Source of the DNA: Candidatus Levyibacteriota bacterium | GTDB taxonomy: Bacteria; Patescibacteriota; Microgenomatia; Levybacterales; UBA12049 | Direction of reading: 5' to 3' | NCBI GenBank assembly: GCA_016186625.1 | Contig: JACPLG010000016.1 | Coordinates: 1 to 38,649 of the forward strand | Length of the DNA stretch: 38,649 bases | In this document: in pieces, positions 10,594 through 20,914 of the stretch | How the letters are laid out: the number at the start of each line of letters is the position of its first letter | How positions within the stretch are numbered: the first letter of the stretch is position 1 | Program-made: the position numbers and the translations under genes | The notes under the pieces: generated by a model | The model's input: the letters and a program-made list of their open reading frames with translations, nothing else | What the model was told of the DNA's origin: nothing | Databases searched by the model: none

Positions 10594-12209
10594 AAAAAAC
10601 GTTTGTGAAACTATTTATAACCATTTTAATTATTATTTTTTCAATATCTGCGCTGACTTTTTCCATAAAGGGTGCGGGCAGCAATCCTTTGTCTTACCAG
10701 ACAAAAAAAGATACTAGAGTTGGAGGTCCATTTGAAGCTTCCAATAGCTCAGCTCGTTATGCCCTAACCGAGTCAATAGTAAAAAATAAATCTTTGTTTT
10801 TAAACGAGAAACTAGCAAAATTCTCATCCCCTGATGTTGTTGAATATAAAGGAAAGTATTTATCTATTTTTACACCGGGTATTTCATTTATAGGGGTTCC
10901 TTTCTATATGATTGGTGATTTTTTCGGAATTCCCCAACTTTCGGCTTATTACTCAAATATTATCTTTGCGGTAATTAATATTATCCTTATTGCCTTTATT
11001 GTCAAAAGATTAAATCAGAATTTCTACGCAGGGCTTCTTGCCGGATTCGTATTCGCTTTTGCAACAAATGCATTTCCATATGCCCTAACTTACACACAGC
11101 ACATATTAAGCACAACAATAATTTTACTTGCAATTATTACCGCATTAGGCAAAAGATCGGCTTTTAAAAATATATTGTTTGGAGGGTTATTTGGATTAGG
11201 CGTGCTGGTGGACTTTCCTAATGCCTTCCTAATGCTGCCGATAGGAATTTATATACTCTCAAATCATATTACAAAAGAAAGCTTAAAAGAGAAAATAAGC
11301 CTTAAGATAAAACTTTCTATTCTTACTGTCCTAATAGGAATAATTCCATTTGCAGGGGTTTTTGGATGGTACAACTATCAAACAACTGGCTCATTCACCA
11401 AGATAGCACAGTCAATCGGGAGGTCTGATGCTTTTAGTCAAAACCTGCCACCTCATGTCTCCGCAAGCGTACCGGAAGCTATTGTCGAAAAAAAAGAATC
11501 CGGATTTTCTTTACCTTTTAGAACAAGAGCACAGCTAAACGGGTTTTACATACTGCTTGTTAGCAACGAGAGGTCTTGGATTTTCTATAGTCCAATTATT
11601 CTTTTGGGAATATGGGGATTTTGGATTTTATACAAAAAAAATAACAAAAAAAACTTTGCAGTCCTTTCTGCTGGGATCATCTTAATGGATATAGTGCTGT
11701 ATTCAATGTTTGGAGATCCATGGGGAGGCTGGGCTTTTGGGCCACGATATTTGATTCCTGCTGCAGCAATTCTCTCCATAGGAATTGGAGAACTGGTAAA
11801 CAGTTATAAGAAGAATATTTTCTTCTTTATTTTATTTATTGGCCTTTTTGTATACAGTGTTTCTGTAACTACACTCGGCGCGCTAACCACAGTCTCTATA
11901 CCTCCTAAAGTTGAGGCTTTAAACTTACCTTCACATATTCCATATACATATGAATATAATATTCAGCTTTTAAATACCGGATTTTCAGGCTCACTATTTT
12001 ATAATCTATATTTTGAAAGTATTATAAATGCTAAAACATATACCCTCATCATTGCGGGAGCAATTATTACAATGGGTATTCTTCTATATATGCTCGCTAT
12101 TTTTCAAAAAAACATGGTAGCTTCGCCAAGTACTGAATCGAGTCAGAAAACTTCAAGATTATTCAAAATTTTAAGAAGTAAAAATCAGGAGGACAAGGAA
12201 AATGTTTAA
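10590..12209 (+). CDS. Multi-TM GT-C-type glycosyltransferase
   Basis: Many TM segments, WGGWAFGPRYLIP motif; ATG overlaps the upstream stop. Confidence 0.65.
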   Translation: MKKTFVKLFITILIIIFSISALTFSIKGAGSNPLSYQTKKDTRVGGPFEASNSSARYALTESIVKNKSLFLNEKLAKFSSPDVVEYKGKYLSIFTPGISFIGVPFYMIGDFFGIPQLSAYYSNIIFAVINIILIAFIVKRLNQNFYAGLLAGFVFAFATNAFPYALTYTQHILSTTIILLAIITALGKRSAFKNILFGGLFGLGVLVDFPNAFLMLPIGIYILSNHITKESLKEKISLKIKLSILTVLIGIIPFAGVFGWYNYQTTGSFTKIAQSIGRSDAFSQNLPPHVSASVPEAIVEKKESGFSLPFRTRAQLNGFYILLVSNERSWIFYSPIILLGIWGFWILYKKNNKKNFAVLSAGIILMDIVLYSMFGDPWGGWAFGPRYLIPAAAILSIGIGELVNSYKKNIFFFILFIGLFVYSVSVTTLGALTTVSIPPKVEALNLPSHIPYTYEYNIQLLNTGFSGSLFYNLYFESIINAKTYTLIIAGAIITMGILLYMLAIFQKNMVASPSTESSQKTSRLFKILRSKNQEDKENV

Positions 12210-13839
12210 TTTTAGGACTTTGGAATTATCACTGACTATTTCTGAGGATAATAGGCTTTTTAACTTATTTAGAAAGTTAATAAACAAATACATTTCCCAG
12301 ATTATTCTCTTATTCTTAGTATTTTTATCAACTTTTTCATTCCTTATTTACTACCAGAACGGCCTAGGACTCTCCTATAATGATGCTAGGTCCCACTTGG
12401 ATATTGGGAGAAGAGTTGTTGAGGGACTGAAACCGGGACTTGCCCAGCTGGGATCAGTCTGGCTTCCCCTGCCCCATTTTCTTATGATTCCAACAGTCTG
12501 GAATGACTTTATGTGGCATTCGGGGCTCTCAGGAGCCATCCAGTCTATGGCATCTTTTGTGGCAACAGGCGCCATAGTCTATATGTTTCTTAAAAAAATA
12601 GGCGTTTCTGTCCTGGGACGAATTATTGGTGTTCTTATCTTCGCACTTAATCTTAACATCCTATATCTTCAGTCCACCGCCATGACAGAACTTCTGCTCA
12701 TAGCCACCATGACAGCCGGAGTTTATTTTCTTATGCTCTGGAGCAAAGATGAGAAAATTACAAATCTTATATTTTCCGCTTTTTTTGTAATGCTCTCAAC
12801 ACTGGTCCGCTATGACGGCTGGTTTTTACTAGCCTTTGCAGGGCTTCTTATAATAATTGAGACTTTCAGAAAAAGAGGCTACAAAGTGACAGAAGGAACA
12901 ATTGTTTTATTCGGAACTCTTGCAGGGCTTGGAGTTGTGCTTTGGTTCCTGTGGAATCTTGCTATTTTTGGTGATCCCCTTTATTTTATTTACGGACCTT
13001 ATTCCGCGCATGCCCAGCAGACACAGCTTGAAGAAGCAGGAGTGTTGGTGACCAAAGGCGATATTCTTCTTTCAATAAAAATATATATTTACGCGCTTCT
13101 TTATAACTCCAACGCTTTTATTGCAATTATGGGAGCAATTGGAGCATTTGTTTTCTTTATTGATAAAAAAATAAAAACCGTAGTTAAGATTGCCTCAACT
13201 GCTCTTCTTGCGCCTCTTGCCTTTAATATCTTAGCGTTATATCTTGGCCATTCTGTTTTATTTATTCAGGGTCTCTCAGGCGATACATGGTTTAATGTGA
13301 GGTATGGCGTAATGCTTCTTCCCACATTTGCCATATTTATAGGATACCTTGTATATAAACTGGCACATCTGCGATATGTTCTTATTGGACTTACTGCTTT
13401 TGTTTTGTTCTTTTCTTTTGTAAATCAGGACGCAGTAACAATTGATGATGCCAGAGTGGGATCTTCTCAGAAAAATGTCTCGGAAGTCTCGGGCTGGCTT
13501 AGAAGCTATGCACAGGGGGAAGGATTTATACTAATTTCTGCTGCATCCCATGATGCCATAATCTTCTCATCAGGTCATCCTATGAAAAAATTCATACATG
13601 AAGGAACAGGACTTTACTGGGATCATGCAACTACAGCCCCTGACCGCTGGGCACGCTGGATTGTTATGAGGACAAATGATACAAATGATTCAACATTCAA
13701 GCTTATATCCCAAACAAAAGCGTATAAAGAGGGCTGGTACGCTCTTGTGGATTCATATCCTTTTGCAGATATATATGAGCTAAAACCAGAGTATTCTAAA
13801 AATCTAAATACCAAACCCGTTCTTGGAAAGCAAAAATAA
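12202..13839 (+). CDS. GT-C (PMT/GT39-like) membrane glycosyltransferase
   Basis: YNDARSH after the first TM, WLPLPH, MTE, RYDGW, FGDPLYF; multi-TM. Confidence 0.7.
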   Translation: MFNFRTLELSLTISEDNRLFNLFRKLINKYISQIILLFLVFLSTFSFLIYYQNGLGLSYNDARSHLDIGRRVVEGLKPGLAQLGSVWLPLPHFLMIPTVWNDFMWHSGLSGAIQSMASFVATGAIVYMFLKKIGVSVLGRIIGVLIFALNLNILYLQSTAMTELLLIATMTAGVYFLMLWSKDEKITNLIFSAFFVMLSTLVRYDGWFLLAFAGLLIIIETFRKRGYKVTEGTIVLFGTLAGLGVVLWFLWNLAIFGDPLYFIYGPYSAHAQQTQLEEAGVLVTKGDILLSIKIYIYALLYNSNAFIAIMGAIGAFVFFIDKKIKTVVKIASTALLAPLAFNILALYLGHSVLFIQGLSGDTWFNVRYGVMLLPTFAIFIGYLVYKLAHLRYVLIGLTAFVLFFSFVNQDAVTIDDARVGSSQKNVSEVSGWLRSYAQGEGFILISAASHDAIIFSSGHPMKKFIHEGTGLYWDHATTAPDRWARWIVMRTNDTNDSTFKLISQTKAYKEGWYALVDSYPFADIYELKPEYSKNLNTKPVLGKQK

Positions 13840-13861
13840 AAATCCAATTATTTAAAGCCTA

Positions 13862-13890
13862 TTGTTTATTACTATAAGTTATGCTATAAT
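13862..13890 (+). promoter_or_regulatory. Sigma70-type promoter, probably leaderless
   Basis: TTGTTT-17-TATAAT with extended TG; ATG 7 nt downstream. Confidence 0.6.
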
Positions 13891-13897
13891 CCGTAAA

Positions 13898-15178
13898 ATG
13901 TACGATACCACACTTGACAATTTTAAAAATCTTAAGAATCCAATAGATCTCATAGTAGTTGGTCTGGGCTTTATGGGGTTTGGATTCATCTCAGGTGTCA
14001 GATCTGTTCCAAATGTCAGGATTCCCCTGCTTATTTCAAGAAGGCCAAAGGAGTCTGCAAAATATCTCCAAAGAAACGGAATTCCCGCAGTAGTTGAGAA
14101 TGATATTGAAAAAATTAAGCAAAATTCCAAAAACGGAAAAATTTCAGTAAGCAGTGATTTGAATCTAATTTCAGAAATTCCTGCAGATGCAGTTTTTGAA
14201 GTAACAGGCACAGTTGGATACGGCACAGAAGCTGCTGTTAAAGCGATAAAGGCAAAAAAACATCTCATAACCATGAATCCTGAGCTTCAGGCAACAGTGG
14301 GGACAGAGCTTAAAATCCTTGCAGATCAGTATAAAGTAGTAATAACAGACGTTGTGGGAGACCAGCCGGGAAGCTTAACTCGCCTAATCTCTCAGGCAAA
14401 ACTTATGGGCTTTGAGGTACTTCTTGCCGGAAATATGAAGCGTTATCTTGATCTTTATGCAACACAGGAAAAAATGAAACCCTGGGCGGATGACAAAGGA
14501 CTAGCTGTTAGACAAACCACCTCCTTTACAGACGGCACAAAACAGGCAATTGAAATGACTCTTGTGGGAAATTACTACGGCATGGATATTATTCAATCTG
14601 GAATGAAAGGTCCCAGCGTTGAAACAGTACAGGAAGTGCTCCGGCATTTTAACTGGAAAAGTCTTCCAAAAAAAGGCATTGTTGACTATGTAATCGGAAA
14701 ATCACTTTTTCCCGGAATTTTTATTGTTGTAAAACACAAAGATCCTAATCAGAAAAAATATCTAAGATATTTGGGCTTGGGCGAGGGCCCCTTTTATGTC
14801 CTTTTTGAACCGTATCATCTTTGTCATCTGGAAGTAACCCAGACTTTGGCAAAAGTCCTTTTTTCAAATAAAGAAACCATTAATAACTCCGATAACCCGG
14901 GGCTTTTAACAATATCTGTTGCCAAAAGAGACATTAAAAAGGGCGAAGTATTGGACGGAATTGGCGGTGACATGGTTTACGGAGCAATTGAGACAATTGA
15001 AAGAAGCAAAGGGCTTCTTTCCGTGGGTCTGTCTTTTGATTGCGTGGTCAAAAAATCTATCAAAAAAGATGAACAGATAAAGTTATCATCGGTTGAACTA
15101 CCATATAATATGGCAACAAGACTCGCCTTTCCTTCAAAACAAAAGCCTTTTATAACAAAAGAATTTCTAATATCATAA
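13898..15178 (+). CDS. Homoserine-dehydrogenase-like NAD(P)-dependent oxidoreductase with C-terminal SAF domain
   Basis: VVGLGFMG Rossmann motif, GDQPG, SFTDGTK, PYHLCHLE, AKRDIKKGEVLDGIGG (SAF). Confidence 0.8.
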   Translation: MYDTTLDNFKNLKNPIDLIVVGLGFMGFGFISGVRSVPNVRIPLLISRRPKESAKYLQRNGIPAVVENDIEKIKQNSKNGKISVSSDLNLISEIPADAVFEVTGTVGYGTEAAVKAIKAKKHLITMNPELQATVGTELKILADQYKVVITDVVGDQPGSLTRLISQAKLMGFEVLLAGNMKRYLDLYATQEKMKPWADDKGLAVRQTTSFTDGTKQAIEMTLVGNYYGMDIIQSGMKGPSVETVQEVLRHFNWKSLPKKGIVDYVIGKSLFPGIFIVVKHKDPNQKKYLRYLGLGEGPFYVLFEPYHLCHLEVTQTLAKVLFSNKETINNSDNPGLLTISVAKRDIKKGEVLDGIGGDMVYGAIETIERSKGLLSVGLSFDCVVKKSIKKDEQIKLSSVELPYNMATRLAFPSKQKPFITKEFLIS

Positions 15179-15182
15179 TTGT

Positions 15183-16577
15183 GTGGATAAAACTTCTAAT
15201 ATTTCCAGTTTAAAACTTTCTCCCGACAAAAAATATATTGTAACTGACAAAAATAAGCCTTTTTTCTGGCTTGCCGATACGTGGTGGTTTGGGGCGACTG
15301 TTAGAATGGCATGGCCGCAGCCGTTTAAAACCATGGTCTTGGACCGCAAAAAAAAAGGTTTTAGTGTTATACAGCTTGTTGTTGGATATCCACCGGAAGT
15401 GGACCTGGACTCGGAAGATACTAAAAATAGCGGCGGATATCCTTTTGATAAAAACGGAGATATTAATAAAAATTATTTTGAAGAAGTAGATAAAAAGATA
15501 AAATTTTTGATAGAAAATGATCTTGTCCCCTGTATTGTCGGCGGATGGGGACACCATATAGATTCTCTGGGAATAAATAAAATCAAAGAGCTGTGGCAGG
15601 AGATTATTAAGAGATACTCCCACTATCCTGTTGTTTTTTGTCTTGCCGGAGAACTGGACCTTTTTGAGTCTAAAAATAAAGCAATGATTTCTGACAAATT
15701 TATTACTGCTCTAGTAAAAAGAGTTCTTAGCCCTCTGCCCAAACCTGTAAAGAAAAAAATACAATCGCCTTTTGTTTCTAATACTTCCTATTACAAAGAA
15801 AGGGATATTTCTAAACTAAGCCCCAGGATAAAAAAATGGAATGAGATAGCAAAGTTTATTACAGAAACCGACACTAATGAAAACCTGATTACAGCTCATA
15901 TTTCTCAGCAAAAAACAGCAGACGATCTTCTTGGCCACCCTAATTGGCTGTCTGTCAACAGCATTCAGTCAGGGCATTCAAAAGACGTTATCCCCTTTAT
16001 GGTTAACTCAATTCTCCACAGTCCTAAAATGATAATTAATATGGAACCCTGGTATGAGGGGATTCTTTCTGATTTTGACGATTATTATCAAAGAGTTGCT
16101 TTCTGGCTGTGTATATTATCAGGTGCCAAGGGACATAGTTACGGCGCACACGGCATCTGGCAAATGGCAGATGGTGATAATTTTATGAAGCACTGGGGAA
16201 AGTCTGACTGGAGAAAGTCTAAAGATTTTTTGGGAGCCATACAGCTTGGAAAATCCAAAGAACTTCTTAAAAAGTATGAATGGTGGAAGCTTTCTCCAAA
16301 TTTTAAAATTATTAACCCGTGCTGGACCAGTGAAAACCCAATGAATCCGGTGGCAGCTGAAATAAAAAACAAGCAAATTATTATTTATTTCCCGGATTTA
16401 AGTCTTAATAAAAAATATGAGCTTACATTTCCTGTAAAAAGGGGCAATTACGAAATTTCATGGATAGATCCAAAATCGATGGAAGAAATAAAAAAGGATA
16501 TATTAAAAGGTAATCGCCTTCTGCCCCCTAAACGAGCTGGTGATAAAGATTTACTATGCATTCTCATTCAAAAATAA
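15183..16577 (+). CDS. DUF4038 / apiosidase-like (GH140-like) glycoside hydrolase
   Basis: PFFWLADTWW, QSGH, EPWYE, GHSYGAHGIWQ, WW.L.P motifs; GTG start. Confidence 0.75.
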   Translation: MDKTSNISSLKLSPDKKYIVTDKNKPFFWLADTWWFGATVRMAWPQPFKTMVLDRKKKGFSVIQLVVGYPPEVDLDSEDTKNSGGYPFDKNGDINKNYFEEVDKKIKFLIENDLVPCIVGGWGHHIDSLGINKIKELWQEIIKRYSHYPVVFCLAGELDLFESKNKAMISDKFITALVKRVLSPLPKPVKKKIQSPFVSNTSYYKERDISKLSPRIKKWNEIAKFITETDTNENLITAHISQQKTADDLLGHPNWLSVNSIQSGHSKDVIPFMVNSILHSPKMIINMEPWYEGILSDFDDYYQRVAFWLCILSGAKGHSYGAHGIWQMADGDNFMKHWGKSDWRKSKDFLGAIQLGKSKELLKKYEWWKLSPNFKIINPCWTSENPMNPVAAEIKNKQIIIYFPDLSLNKKYELTFPVKRGNYEISWIDPKSMEEIKKDILKGNRLLPPKRAGDKDLLCILIQK

Positions 16578-16620
16578 GCTTATGAAAGCCTTAAATGCTA
16601 TAATACGCAAATTAAATAAT

Positions 16621-17859
16621 ATGTTAAAAAAATTAATCTTATTAATAATTCTTATTGCATCTATTCTGGTATTATCTTTTGTCTTTAAAAAAGAATCTCA
16701 GCTGGTACCTGCCGCTCCGTGGTGGGAGTTTGCCTCAATTGATACCATGAAATACTCAAGGGACATTGCGCGGGAAAAGCTAAATGATTCCTCGTTTAAT
16801 GAGGTAATTGATAGACAAGTCAGGGATATTGCCGGGACTGGCGCAACACACGTTGCTATTGCAACTCCATATGATAGTGAGTTCTACCCTTTTCTTAAAA
16901 AATGGGTGGATGCGGCAAGGAAGCACAATCTAAATATCTGGTTTCGCGGTAATTTCTCCGGATGGGAAGGCTGGTTTGGTTATCCGGATATTTCACGGGA
17001 TGAGCATATTAAAAAAACCGAGGAATTTATCCTAAAAAACAAAAATCTTTTTAAAGACGGGGATGTTTTTACCGCCTGTCCGGAGTGCGAGAACGGAGGA
17101 CCTGGCGATCCAAGGCATAATGGCGATGTTGAAGGACACAGGGAGTTTCTGATTGATGAATACAAAATCACCAAGGCTGCCTTTAAAAAAATGGGAAAAA
17201 ATGTTGCCTCCAACTTTAATTCTATGAATGGGGATGTTGCAAGAATTATTATGAATAAAGAGACTACGCGCTCTCTTGACGGGATTGTAACAATAGACCA
17301 CTATGTCTCAACTCCTGAGAAATTAATAGAAGATGTAAGAAGGATAAGTAGAGCCTCCGGCGGAAAAATTGTTTTGGGTGAGTTTGGGGTACCAATTCCA
17401 GATATTCACGGAAAAATGAGCGAAGAAGAACAAGCAGAGTGGGTTGAAAATGCATTAGGAGAACTAAGAAAGATGCCGGAGGTTGTAGGTATAAATTACT
17501 GGACAAATACCGGAAGCACAACCCAGCTTTGGGATAACAAAGGAGTCCCAAGACTTTCCCAATCCATTCTTACTTCATTTTACAAAGCCCATATAGTTAA
17601 GGTTAGGATCATGGATGAAACAGGATCTATCTTAAGAAACGCAGAGTTGAGTATGGATGGAGCAAGACTTGAAAAGGATGATAATGGCACATTTAACATC
17701 CCTTATTTTGAAGACTCAGATATTATTAGTATAACAGCAGATGGATATTTTCCAAAAGAAGTAAAACTTTCAAAGACAAGTGAACAAGAGGCAGTTCTAA
17801 TTAAGAAAGACCAGGATATCATTTACCAAATACGCAGATTCTCCAAAAATTTGCTTTAA
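16621..17859 (+). CDS. Membrane-anchored TIM-barrel glycoside-hydrolase-like protein
   Basis: N-terminal TM; PECENG and LGEFG resemble the GH-A acid/base and nucleophile glutamates; C-terminal beta-rich domain. Confidence 0.55.
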   Translation: MLKKLILLIILIASILVLSFVFKKESQLVPAAPWWEFASIDTMKYSRDIAREKLNDSSFNEVIDRQVRDIAGTGATHVAIATPYDSEFYPFLKKWVDAARKHNLNIWFRGNFSGWEGWFGYPDISRDEHIKKTEEFILKNKNLFKDGDVFTACPECENGGPGDPRHNGDVEGHREFLIDEYKITKAAFKKMGKNVASNFNSMNGDVARIIMNKETTRSLDGIVTIDHYVSTPEKLIEDVRRISRASGGKIVLGEFGVPIPDIHGKMSEEEQAEWVENALGELRKMPEVVGINYWTNTGSTTQLWDNKGVPRLSQSILTSFYKAHIVKVRIMDETGSILRNAELSMDGARLEKDDNGTFNIPYFEDSDIISITADGYFPKEVKLSKTSEQEAVLIKKDQDIIYQIRRFSKNLL

Positions 17860-17898
17860 GCTCCAACTTTGTTCAATTTAGCGCTATAGGATAGACTA

Positions 17899-17926
17899 TT
17901 GACTTTTATAACAATTATGATATAAT
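17899..17926 (+). promoter_or_regulatory. Sigma70-type promoter of substrate-sortase pair
   Basis: TTGACT-16-TATAAT with extended TG. Confidence 0.65.
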
Positions 17927-17970
17927 CCTATAATATTTTCACAGGCAGGGTTTGTGACTGAATTTAAATA

Positions 17971-18537
17971 ATGTATAAGCAAAAATTATCCATATTTACT
18001 GCGTCTATAGTAATATTTTTATCGGCTTTTGTCGGCTCTGCAAACGCAACCACAATTCCCACATTTCCGGTTTGTGCCAACCCACAGGGACAAATCACAT
18101 CTTCTTATGAGTCCGGAGTTCACGGAGTTCCCGGAGATACCAACACCTACACTGGCAAGGATACGGTTTATAGCTTAAGCGATACAACATCAACCCAGTG
18201 TCTTTGCACGGACAACGGAGCTGGAATACAAACCAACTGGTGGAAAGCCGGATCTTTGACTCAAGAAGAAATTGACGTATTAATAACTGAGGGCTGGATT
18301 CTTATCCCTGACGGAAGCTCTTGGGGGCTCTTGGAGGGTCCATATTTGGCTAAAAACTCAAGATATGAGTGTGCTGGAAGCGGTGGAACATCGACAAGTA
18401 CAGCCGGCGCAAGTACCACGCAGGCAATTCTTTCTCTTGCTTCAACAGGAAACCTTAAATTTATAGCATCAATTTTTTTGACAGGTTCTGCACTTCTTTT
18501 ATCAGGGGTAGCACTTTCTATTAAAAGGAGGGGTTAA
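17971..18537 (+). CDS. Secreted sortase substrate (LAxTG sorting signal)
   Basis: Signal peptide, Cys-containing core, Ser/Thr/Gly linker, LASTG, hydrophobic helix, KRR tail. Confidence 0.75.
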   Translation: MYKQKLSIFTASIVIFLSAFVGSANATTIPTFPVCANPQGQITSSYESGVHGVPGDTNTYTGKDTVYSLSDTTSTQCLCTDNGAGIQTNWWKAGSLTQEEIDVLITEGWILIPDGSSWGLLEGPYLAKNSRYECAGSGGTSTSTAGASTTQAILSLASTGNLKFIASIFLTGSALLLSGVALSIKRRG

Positions 18538-18538
18538 A

Positions 18539-19063
18539 ATGACTCTTCCCAAAGCGCTCATTCTTCTTGGTTTTCTCTTCCTTTTCTTTGGGTTTTATTT
18601 AGTAACACAACGCTATAGCCCTAAAACTCTGGAATTCAAAAATTTGGAAGTTAAAAATAGCATTCAGGCTGATGTGAGACCAGTGAGAATAGCAATTCCT
18701 TCTCTGGGAATAGAGGTGCCAATTTACCCCTCATCCATAAATAACGGCAAATGGGAATCTACCACAAAAGGAGTCTCTTATCTTTCCTCTTCTCCTGTTC
18801 CGGGAGAGACCGGCAATAGCATATTATATGGTCATAACTTTTCTACTCTCCTTGGCTCTTTGCCCAAAATTAAACCCGGAGAAAAAATTGAAATAACGCT
18901 AAGTAGCGGAGAAAAGAAAGTTTTTACGGTTAGATACACATCTATTGTTGATCCAACCCAAACGCACATACTAAATCAAACCGAGGATTCAAGAATAACT
19001 ATTTATACCTGCACGGGCTTTTTAGACTCTAAAAGATTCGTCGCAACCGCCCTGGCCAATTAA
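18539..19063 (+). CDS. Sortase
   Basis: N-terminal TM, GNSILYGH, TIYTC and downstream Arg (His/Cys/Arg triad). Confidence 0.9.
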   Translation: MTLPKALILLGFLFLFFGFYLVTQRYSPKTLEFKNLEVKNSIQADVRPVRIAIPSLGIEVPIYPSSINNGKWESTTKGVSYLSSSPVPGETGNSILYGHNFSTLLGSLPKIKPGEKIEITLSSGEKKVFTVRYTSIVDPTQTHILNQTEDSRITIYTCTGFLDSKRFVATALAN

Positions 19064-19109
19064 TCCAATTAATCCCCGATTAATATTTTTTGTCAATCCT
19101 TATTTCCTC

Positions 19110-20099
19110 TTACCAGCGGTTGTGGACTTGAGGTTTCACCAGTTCCTCGTAAATTTTCTCTATTTTTTTATGAGTGGAAACGGATAACGGTTTAAGGCTT
19201 GATGCTTTGGCATTATCAATAACCTGCGAAGGCATCTTTCCTCCCGGAATTGTTGTGGAAACCTGCTTAAAATCAAGAATAAATCGCAGAGCAAACTCTG
19301 GCATGCTCATATATTCTGGCTTTATTTTTTCAAGCCTTTTTACAGCTTTTACTCCTGTTTTATAATCTACTCCTGCAAAAGTTTCTCCAACATCAAATGC
19401 CTCTCCATGTCTGTTGTAATTTCTATGATCTGTTTTAGGGAATTTCGATTCTAAATTATATTTACCTGTAAGGAGTCCGCTGGCCAAGGGGACACGAACT
19501 ATTATTCCAACATTCTTCTCTTTTGCTAATTTAAAGAAAAGTTCTTTGGGACGTTGCCTGAAGATGTTAAAAATTATCTGGACTGTTGCAACGCCTGGAT
19601 AATCTAGTGCTTTTATAGCTTGTTCGACTTTTTCAACACTTACTCCAAAGTGCCTTATTTTCCCTTTTTTCTTAAGTCTTTCAAGAGAATCGAACAGTTC
19701 CTGATTGTAATAAACATCATTTGGCGGACAATGAAGCTGAAGGAGATCCAAGGTATCTGCTCGTAAGTTTTTTAAACTCCTGTCAATAAACTTCTCAATG
19801 TTTTTCCCGTTATATCCCTCTGCCGTATGAGGGCTAAGTCTTCTTCCTGCTTTTGTTGCAACATATATCTTGCCCTTCCCTTTTCTTTCCTTAAGAAACT
19901 TTGCGATTAATTGTTCAGAATGACCATTCCCATAAACGTCTGCTGTATCTATAAAATTAACTCCCTGCTCAGCTGCCGCGTGGAGTGCTAGAAGCGCTTT
20001 TTTATCATCAACTCTCCCCCAGTCAGCACCAATCGCCCATGCGCCGAACCCGACTTCGCTTACTTTATATCCCGTCTTCCCAAGTGCTCTATATTTCAT
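19110..20099 (-). CDS. Aldo/keto reductase
   Basis: GFGAWAIG, FIDTADVYG, ATK, LDLLQLH, PLASGLLTGK. Confidence 0.93.
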   Translation of the reverse strand: MKYRALGKTGYKVSEVGFGAWAIGADWGRVDDKKALLALHAAAEQGVNFIDTADVYGNGHSEQLIAKFLKERKGKGKIYVATKAGRRLSPHTAEGYNGKNIEKFIDRSLKNLRADTLDLLQLHCPPNDVYYNQELFDSLERLKKKGKIRHFGVSVEKVEQAIKALDYPGVATVQIIFNIFRQRPKELFFKLAKEKNVGIIVRVPLASGLLTGKYNLESKFPKTDHRNYNRHGEAFDVGETFAGVDYKTGVKAVKRLEKIKPEYMSMPEFALRFILDFKQVSTTIPGGKMPSQVIDNAKASSLKPLSVSTHKKIEKIYEELVKPQVHNRW

Positions 20100-20162
20100 A
20101 AAGGCTATCAAATTAGTCTAATCGAAATATAGTTTATTTACCTTGGGAAGTCAAAGAGGTAA

Positions 20163-20185
20163 TTAGTTTTTTCGCCTCAAAAATG
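20163..20185 (-). repeat. Degenerate copy of ftsZ 3' end (att-like copy D)
   Basis: Minus strand ca ttt ttg agg cga aaa aac taa = FLRRKN*, versus native ca ttt ttg agg cag aag aat taa. Confidence 0.5.
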
Positions 20186-20282
20186 TTAGTTAGGTAATTG
20201 ATTAAAAAATAATTACTAATCTTAGTTTCTTTTTTTTATTCTTTTTTTATATATTCTTATATTTATATAGTTTTAGCCTAGG

Positions 20283-20310
20283 ACATTTTTCCGCTCGAGT
20301 TGAAATTTGT
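20283..20310. repeat. 28-bp imperfect palindrome, copy 1
   Basis: ACATTTTTCCGCTCGAGTTGAAATTTGT, identical to 20915-20942. Confidence 0.95.
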
Positions 20311-20311
20311 C

Positions 20312-20896
20312 CTAGATTCCGAAATATTTTTTATAAACATCTTCGTTTTCTATTTCTTTGACTTTGAGTAGTAGAACCTCGTTTCCCACATCAAACATCT
20401 CACGTAGATATTCTATCTCATTGTCACAAACAAAAGGTGTTAAATAAACACTCTCTTGTAGTCTTAAAAGCTGAAGTTTTTCCAACATATTTCTAAAATT
20501 ATCTCTTTGATATTTTTTAAGATTAGCAACGTCATAAATTATAACCCTCCATTTTCCATCAGTTTTTCTCTTAATCTCCATGCCTTCCAAATTATATTTT
20601 AAAATCTTTTGTCTTCCTTTTTTCGTAATTTTCACTTCTTCGCCAACAATTTCAACAACTTTCTGTGCTTGTAATCTTTTGATAAGTTTTCTTAAGTTAT
20701 AAATGTTATATTTTCCCCATTCTTTTTCATCTCTTTTTCTTTTTTCATTAAGTATGGGCTTTAAAATGATAGGCAATCCTGGCATAATTAGACTTCCTGC
20801 CAAAAATGCTCCCGCGCCTAAAAGAATTAGAACATCTTTTACTTTTGGATTAATTGGTTCTTTTTTCCTATTTCTCGAATCTTCTGTGGTAAGCAT
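20312..20896 (-). CDS. PaaX-like protein (winged helix + Cas2-like domain) of the CPR type
   Basis: ITKKG wing followed by DGKWRVIIYDV...R..FR..L..L....LQESVY; start moved to ATG 20896. Confidence 0.8.
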   Translation of the reverse strand: MLTTEDSRNRKKEPINPKVKDVLILLGAGAFLAGSLIMPGLPIILKPILNEKRKRDEKEWGKYNIYNLRKLIKRLQAQKVVEIVGEEVKITKKGRQKILKYNLEGMEIKRKTDGKWRVIIYDVANLKKYQRDNFRNMLEKLQLLRLQESVYLTPFVCDNEIEYLREMFDVGNEVLLLKVKEIENEDVYKKYFGI

Positions 20897-20914
20897 ACAT
20901 AAATATAGCTTAGC

